Shown: piece by piece, positions 58,445 through 64,000 of the stretch | How the letters are laid out: each line of letters opens with the position of its first letter | How positions within the stretch are numbered: position 1 is the stretch's first letter | NCBI GenBank assembly: GCA_041499035.1 | Contig: JBGQJK010000003.1 | Coordinates: 1,953 to 65,952 of the forward strand | DNA: 64,000 nt | DNA from: Patescibacteria group bacterium | GTDB lineage: Bacteria > Patescibacteriota > Microgenomatia > UBA8517 | Reading direction: 5' to 3' | Notes under the pieces: model-generated | Told to the model about the DNA's origin: nothing | What the model saw: only the letters and a program-made list of their open reading frames with translations | The model's database searches: none | Program-made: the position numbers and the translations under genes

Positions 58445-59235
58445 AAAATATTTGTTTTTATAAATCCCCTGAAAGTCGAGACAAGAGGGCTAGCTAGAAC
58501 TTTAAATTCTGCAAATGAGTGTGTGCCGTCAACACCAATACGTGGAATTTCCAGAGGTTTTGTGTTTATCGTGATTTCGCCGTCATTCATAGTTAAACCA
58601 AGCAGATAGCCGGCTTTTTTGGCTGTATTAAGAATTGTTTTGTCGTATTTGCCTCTAGGATAAGCAATATATTTAATTTTGATTCCCAGATTTTTTTCCA
58701 GACTTTTCTTTGAGCCTGTAATCTCTTGTTTTATGGCGGGAGGGCTAAGTTTTAACAAGTCAGGATGGGTAGAAGTGTGACTTCCGACTGCCCAGCCGTT
58801 TTTTGTAAGGGCAAAAACATCGTTTTTATTTAGGAATTCTCTTCGGGTTGCTAGTTCCGAATAATTAGCATTCTTTGTATCCCCAATGAGAAATACGGCG
58901 GGTCTTATATTTAGCGATTTAACAAATGTTTTAATTTTTAGGATGTTTTTATATCCGTCATCAAATGTAATAAGAATCGAAGGTTTGGTAATACTAAGCT
59001 TTCCGGCTAAGAAATCTTGAAGCTCCTTTAAAGTAATAAATTTGTAATTTTTTGCCAAAAATTTCACTTGCTTCTTAAAGTCATTTGGGGCTACGCTAAA
59101 ATCCCAGCCATCTGTGTCGATGCTGTGGTAGCAAAGGATCGTTACTTGGGGACCCCGGAGTTTTAATACCTTGCCGATTGCAAAAAGTAAGATGTAAACC
59201 GACCTTCTCATTAAAATAAAGACTTTCTTTTTCAT
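58441..59235 (-). CDS. CE4 polysaccharide deacetylase (IcaB/PgaB-like)
   Basis: LCYHSI, ITFDDG, GSHT.TH, AYP.G, IPR. Confidence 0.9.
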   Translation of the reverse strand: MKKKVFILMRRSVYILLFAIGKVLKLRGPQVTILCYHSIDTDGWDFSVAPNDFKKQVKFLAKNYKFITLKELQDFLAGKLSITKPSILITFDDGYKNILKIKTFVKSLNIRPAVFLIGDTKNANYSELATRREFLNKNDVFALTKNGWAVGSHTSTHPDLLKLSPPAIKQEITGSKKSLEKNLGIKIKYIAYPRGKYDKTILNTAKKAGYLLGLTMNDGEITINTKPLEIPRIGVDGTHSFAEFKVLASPLVSTFRGFIKTNIL

Positions 59236-59236
59236 T

Positions 59237-59815
59237 TTATTTAGTTTCCTTGTTTTCCCTAATTATCCTGTTAAAAAATTCCAACCTTACCCTTTTATAC
59301 TCCCGCATCGAAAGTCCATTGGATTTCAATTTAATTTGTTCATATTCTTTAAGCAGAGATTTATTTGAACTTAGTATGTTAAACGATTTCAGCGGGCCTC
59401 GGCAGACTCTGCTATTGGGGTCCCCTAGAATTAGCTCGATTTCGCAGCCGTTCTTGGTAAAATGCCACTCTACAAACTCTTTTCTTGTTTTGTCGGCGTT
59501 TCCAAATAGTCTTACAAGTCCCGGAAGATATTTGGGAAAATGTTTCGGATCAGATAATGCTATTAGGTCTATGTCCCTCTGTCCCGAAATTTTGAAAGCC
59601 GCGGAACCGATAAGATATACCGTTAACCCCGGAATATTTTTAGATATTAAGTTTTTTAAATTTTTCCCTGTTTTATTTACATCCGGATCATATGGAAATA
59701 TTTTTATTTTCTTATCCGTGGGGTAGGTGTATGACCACAAAAACTCTATCGGTGATTGAAAAAACAACTTGATATTTCTTTTAAGATTAATCATTTTTTT
59801 TAGTACTTGCGGCAA
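59237..59815 (-). CDS. GrpB/UPF0157 nucleotidyltransferase-fold protein
   Basis: PYDP, IGS....ISG..DID, F..L......EY..IK, Y...R.EF. Confidence 0.7.
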   Translation of the reverse strand: MPQVLKKMINLKRNIKLFFQSPIEFLWSYTYPTDKKIKIFPYDPDVNKTGKNLKNLISKNIPGLTVYLIGSAAFKISGQRDIDLIALSDPKHFPKYLPGLVRLFGNADKTRKEFVEWHFTKNGCEIELILGDPNSRVCRGPLKSFNILSSNKSLLKEYEQIKLKSNGLSMREYKRVRLEFFNRIIRENKETK

Positions 59816-60686
59816 TCGACCAGGTCTCCCCCTGTTTGCTGTTGCCTGATCTCAGTCTCATATAAAGCTGGAGGAAAAAATAGGCAATAGAATGAATCGG
59901 GAAATTGATTAATATGGGTAGAGATTTAAGGATAGCTAGCGCATAATCTCTTTCCGGAATTTTTGTTTCGGCCTCGACCAGGTTTGAATCAAAATATTTT
60001 TTCTGTTCAAGTATCGTGTTGAAAAACCGTGTGCTTTGTTTTTTGTGATCTCCATAGTTTTCCGGTACCTTGTACCAGGCGACTGCATTCCCGATATATT
60101 GATATCTGAAATTTTCACTGACGCATCTTAGATATGAATACATATCATTGCCGACCGATGACGGAAAGTGCAGTGACTTAAAAAACTTTTTTGAGTAAGA
60201 CCGGGCCAGACCGTGACATGTGTATACATTGTTGCCTTTTTTAAAGACCCCAAACAGGACTTCCTTCAGGAGCATGCTTACAAAAACAATCTTGCCATAG
60301 AAGCTGGCCGGCAGTTTCTCTGCTATTGCCGAGGAGGTTAAGTCGGCGCTACCCGAAATTATCGGGCCGGTAAGTTTTTTTATAAAAGTGCTATCGTGAA
60401 TAGCAATATCTCCGTCGAGTGTAACCAACACATCACCTTTCGTCTTTAAGATAATTTGGTTTAGGCCCCTGGCTATTCCCCGCCTGTCCGGATTTGCGAT
60501 AACTGTCACTTTGGGGTTTTTAAGCGATCTGGCAATACTGACCGTCTTGTCGCTTGATCCGTCTGAGGAAACTATGATTTGGCTGATGATAAATCCATCC
60601 TCTTTTTGAGCCAAGACGCTCTCAAGCAAAGTTTTAATATTTGCTTCTTCGTTATAAACCGGTATTCCTATATCAATTTTTAACAT
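59787..60686 (-). CDS. GT2 glycosyltransferase
   Basis: IPVYNEE, SDGSSD, LDGD, ND, Q..R. Confidence 0.9.
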   Translation of the reverse strand: MLKIDIGIPVYNEEANIKTLLESVLAQKEDGFIISQIIVSSDGSSDKTVSIARSLKNPKVTVIANPDRRGIARGLNQIILKTKGDVLVTLDGDIAIHDSTFIKKLTGPIISGSADLTSSAIAEKLPASFYGKIVFVSMLLKEVLFGVFKKGNNVYTCHGLARSYSKKFFKSLHFPSSVGNDMYSYLRCVSENFRYQYIGNAVAWYKVPENYGDHKKQSTRFFNTILEQKKYFDSNLVEAETKIPERDYALAILKSLPILINFPIHSIAYFFLQLYMRLRSGNSKQGETWSIAASTKKND

Positions 60687-61587
60687 ATGCTGATTTTATT
60701 CTGTCCCAATTACTTATGCGTAAGTCTCTGTCGGTTAAGTTTTTCGCAACGGTCAAATAAAGTTTAAGGCATATTGCAGCTATAAAAAGAATGGGGCTTT
60801 TAACAAACATCTTGATCGCAGCGGTAATCTTTAATCTGTATGGTGTTTTGTAATAGATATCAATTTTAGGTCCGAAATATGCTTTTATGTCAAAATATGT
60901 ATTTTGGTGTCTTGTTGCCTGTCTTAGATAATCCTTTAAATTGTCCGGTGCTTTGTAATAAACGTTTATATTTTTTGCGAAATAAAACCTCATTCTTTTT
61001 AGGCGGGAATCTATGTAAATAAATTCATCATCGCTAATTACCTGCTTAGGTATACTAATAGTCTTGCCGTATTTTTTGCTAACTGCATATGAACATCCAT
61101 GCATGTTGTGAATTGAGTCTCCTTTATTAATATTGTTACGAATCTCGTACCATATCTCGATTAAAAAATTAATTACTTTTCCAGCAAAAGTGCTTGCTTT
61201 GAGGGGTTGATCATGGAAAGCTAGTAGATCGGCGCTGCTTTGCTTGCTGATTTCGACGACTTTGTTAATTAGGTTTTTATCAAAGATCTTAACATCGGAA
61301 TCAAGGCAAATAAGAATATCGCTTTTGTTCTCGGTAAACAATCTATTTAATTGAAAGATTTTACCTGACCTCATGTCCGATCTTAAACAATAAATCTTCC
61401 CGTATTTTTTAGAGTAGTTGGATATTATTTTAGCAGTATTATCTTCGCTGCAGTCATCAGCAACTAAGATCTTTTCTAGCGTATAATCCCCACTGTCTAG
61501 GCTAAGAATGTTCTCGAGCAACTGGCCGATATATTCTTCTTCGTTATATGCTGCTATGGCTACACTAACTGTAATAGTTTTTTTCAT
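60673..61587 (-). CDS. GT2 glycosyltransferase
   Basis: IAAYNEE, DDCSED, LDSD, DD, RQ..R. Confidence 0.9.
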   Translation of the reverse strand: MKKTITVSVAIAAYNEEEYIGQLLENILSLDSGDYTLEKILVADDCSEDNTAKIISNYSKKYGKIYCLRSDMRSGKIFQLNRLFTENKSDILICLDSDVKIFDKNLINKVVEISKQSSADLLAFHDQPLKASTFAGKVINFLIEIWYEIRNNINKGDSIHNMHGCSYAVSKKYGKTISIPKQVISDDEFIYIDSRLKRMRFYFAKNINVYYKAPDNLKDYLRQATRHQNTYFDIKAYFGPKIDIYYKTPYRLKITAAIKMFVKSPILFIAAICLKLYLTVAKNLTDRDLRISNWDRIKSAYVKN

Positions 61588-61588
61588 C

Positions 61589-62521
61589 TTAATTTCGCAG
61601 TATTTTTTTTGTTGACTTATATTCTTTATATTTTGGGTTAAGCGTATTTTTGCTGTGCGAGAATAGTCTGTTTAAAACAAAAGTCAAAATATAAAGTGAT
61701 GTCCAGAGTCGATTTTTTATAAGTTCTTCAAGAATATAATTAAATAATAAAGTTTTTGGTATATTTTATTATTTATACCTGACGTCTTTACTAAAGTATT
61801 TTTCAATAGAGTTGACTCCGCTAATAAACTTATTACTTTGTTTTACTTGGTCGGGGAAATCGGAAATCATACCCCCATACATATTAGCGTTATCTATCAT
61901 TATAAATTCATATCCCAGCGTTTTGGATCTCAAGTATATATATGCGTCTTCAGCAACATCTAACGGAAGGTTTAGTTCTTTTGCAAAATTTCTAGATAAT
62001 GCCTTAATTGAATGTCCACCTAACCAATATATGTTATTTCCATTTTTCCAGCTTTTATAGATGTTCTTTTTTAGTCTATCTCCCGCGTAAGTTATTTTTT
62101 GATAGAATCCTTTAGGTGTCGCTGGTTTATACCAACCAACTACAGCGGCTAATTTTTTCGAATCATGCTTGCGGAATTCTGATACTAAATTTTCTACTAC
62201 CATGTCGTTTTCCGGAAGAGTATCGGCTTCTGCAAAGACTATGACATCCCCCTTAAACATCCCGATTATCTGGTTTTGCCTGAAATTCTGCCCCATCCTT
62301 TTTTTTGCATCTATGGCTTTAATCAGTTTATTGTTTATTGCATGAATGTTCCTGACAGTATTATCGTTGCTTCCGTCGGAAATTACGATAATTTCTTTCA
62401 GATCATAACTTTTCCGCTTTTGCTCCAAAAGCGCGACAATGAGTTTTATGATATTAATTTCCTCATTGTGTGCCGGAATTCCGATTGAGACTTGTGTTTT
62501 CTGATTAGCAGATTTTGTCAT
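61589..62521 (-). pseudogene. GT2 glycosyltransferase interrupted by in-frame TAA TAA at 61766-61771
   Basis: IPAHNEE, SDGSND; the frame stays open after the two stops for 58 codons resembling the paralogs' C-termini and ends 1 nt before the next ATG. Confidence 0.7.
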
Positions 62522-62525
62522 ATGT

Positions 62526-64000
62526 TTAGAATAAGCTCATGCAGTCAACCGCACTTTTATCCCAATCAAAGTGGCTAGCCCATTCTACGGATTCGCTAGA
62601 CATCGAATTTCTTGTTTTTTTGTCTTTCAGAAGGCTTACCGTGGTTTTTGCAAATTCTTCTATATCGCCATATGGAACCAATAAGCCGCTATGTGGGTTA
62701 TGAATGGAGTCTCTAAGCCCCGCGACATTTGATGCGATTACAGGTGTCCCGCAGGCATTTGCTTCTATTGAGGTTATCCCCCAGCCTTCAATAAGTGAGG
62801 GGTTCACAAAGACCCATGCTTTTTGATAGAGTTCAACTTTTTCCGACTGAGTAACCTTTCCTGTAAAGGTAATCCTTTTTCCAAGATGTAGAGATTTTAC
62901 AAGAGTTATGAGATTTTTTCTTTCTGTCCCGTCCCCTGCAATAATAAATTCCACGTTAGGAACTTTCCTAATAATTTTTTTGGCGCTCTTAATAAATACA
63001 GCTAAACTTTTTTGCGGGCTAAGGCGGCCTAAATAAAGAACCATCGGGTTAACCGATTTTTTACCTGGCTTATAGATGTCAAGATCTACTCCATTATAAA
63101 TCACGTGAGGCTCTTTTCGTGTTAGCTTGTGCTCCAAAATATCGGCTTTGCTGGATGGTGAAACTGTTATAACCTCGGTGTTTTTGTAAACCAATGGCAC
63201 AAGGTATTTTTCGAGTAAAAGTCCAACCCAAGATATGGGGGGCTTAAGTCGTATTCGGAAAACGTCTTGATGAACATGGTGAATCAAAAGATACACCTTT
63301 TCCTTAGCATAGATTGGCGTGAAGAACGGAATTCCATTTTCGGAATCGATGATCAAATCAAAATGACCTCTAAACTTTGTTATGTAGTATAAAAAGGCCC
63401 AGAGAAATACTGTGTAGAAGCCTCCGCGTCTAATTATAGTTACTCCGTCAATACTATCATTTCTTGGCGAAGTCGTATCGTTACCGCAAAAGAGGGTCAC
63501 CTCGTGGCCCATTTTTACCCACCTTTTTGCCAGTTCATGAACGTATACTTCTGCTCCTCCGCTCCAGACATGATTTGTATCGCGCCAATTGAATATTAGA
63601 ATGTTTAGTTTATCTTTGGTAACTTCCGGGGCTAGAGTTGAAGTTGGTGCAAAAAGTCCGAGAAAGTCTAAAGTGTTTCTGGCTACCGATTTAAGCTTTT
63701 GATAATTAAAATGCATGGTTAACATTGCGGCGAAGTAGAACATTCCCCCAAAGAACATGACATCCACCAGTTCTGAAATGTCTGCATGGAAAATAAGCAT
63801 TCCGGTTACTTGAATTAGGGAAAATACGAAGCCAAGGTATGGGAAACCATGTTCATTTTTGGACTGATGATAAAGCACGATGCTATTTGCAAGGGTTTGA
63901 AAAACCATGGCGAATGTATATATTGGTAAAAATGACGTTACTGAAAGGATTTTTGAACCGTAAAGTAGCGGGGCGGTGTATTTACCAAATATTCCGATTC
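62526..64000 (-). CDS. GT4 glycosyltransferase fused to an N-terminal membrane (flippase-like) domain; runs off the right edge
   Basis: NWRD..H..SGGAE, NGVD, GRL..QK, EGWG....EA.ACG.P; frame open and hydrophobic up to 64000. Confidence 0.85.
   Translation of the reverse strand, partial: IGIFGKYTAPLLYGSKILSVTSFLPIYTFAMVFQTLANSIVLYHQSKNEHGFPYLGFVFSLIQVTGMLIFHADISELVDVMFFGGMFYFAAMLTMHFNYQKLKSVARNTLDFLGLFAPTSTLAPEVTKDKLNILIFNWRDTNHVWSGGAEVYVHELAKRWVKMGHEVTLFCGNDTTSPRNDSIDGVTIIRRGGFYTVFLWAFLYYITKFRGHFDLIIDSENGIPFFTPIYAKEKVYLLIHHVHQDVFRIRLKPPISWVGLLLEKYLVPLVYKNTEVITVSPSSKADILEHKLTRKEPHVIYNGVDLDIYKPGKKSVNPMVLYLGRLSPQKSLAVFIKSAKKIIRKVPNVEFIIAGDGTERKNLITLVKSLHLGKRITFTGKVTQSEKVELYQKAWVFVNPSLIEGWGITSIEANACGTPVIASNVAGLRDSIHNPHSGLLVPYGDIEEFAKTTVSLLKDKKTRNSMSSESVEWASHFDWDKSAVDCMSLF

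Noticed and set aside
61766-61771. Stop-codon reassignment linked to the truncated RF1
   Set aside because: TAA, TAG and TGA all end conserved genes at expected positions elsewhere in the window
1287-62488. Numerous short antisense or alternate-frame ORFs overlapping recognised genes (e.g. 3587-3880, 7752-8291, 26785-27273, 42897-43436)
   Set aside because: Shadow ORFs of well-supported genes, with no motifs or expression signals

Overview
64-kb chromosomal window from a small-genome bacterium. Gene content, streamlined translation proteins and many Pro/Thr-linker secreted proteins suggest Patescibacteria/CPR, probably Microgenomates; this is inference, not tested. Left part (1-28 kb): two GH130 genes and housekeeping genes (ychF, rpsF-ssb-rpsR, S41 and HtrA proteases, rpmE-prfA, hisS operon, dnaB, tRNA-Leu(CAA), DksA-like, RluA, Kef-type antiporter, yebC). 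Middle (28-41.5 kb): a 1.15-kb intergenic region, a single Xer-type tyrosine recombinase and about 25 short stand-alone genes. Right part: gyrA, a sortase with an adjacent candidate substrate, and a large surface-glycan locus. Most notable: (1) an unassigned ~615-nt highly base-paired element at 28107-28721 that looks like a large ncRNA; (2) a His-specific transcriptional T-box with an ultrashort K-turn Stem I, upstream of a PRTase/LOG/hisS operon whose HisRS lacks the anticodon-binding domain; (3) a dif-like 28-bp site overlapping the xer promoter; (4) an RF1 lacking domain 1; (5) pervasive leaderless-type promoters; (6) a GT2 gene interrupted by two adjacent in-frame TAA codons. All pairings and motifs were read by eye; no folding program or database search was run.
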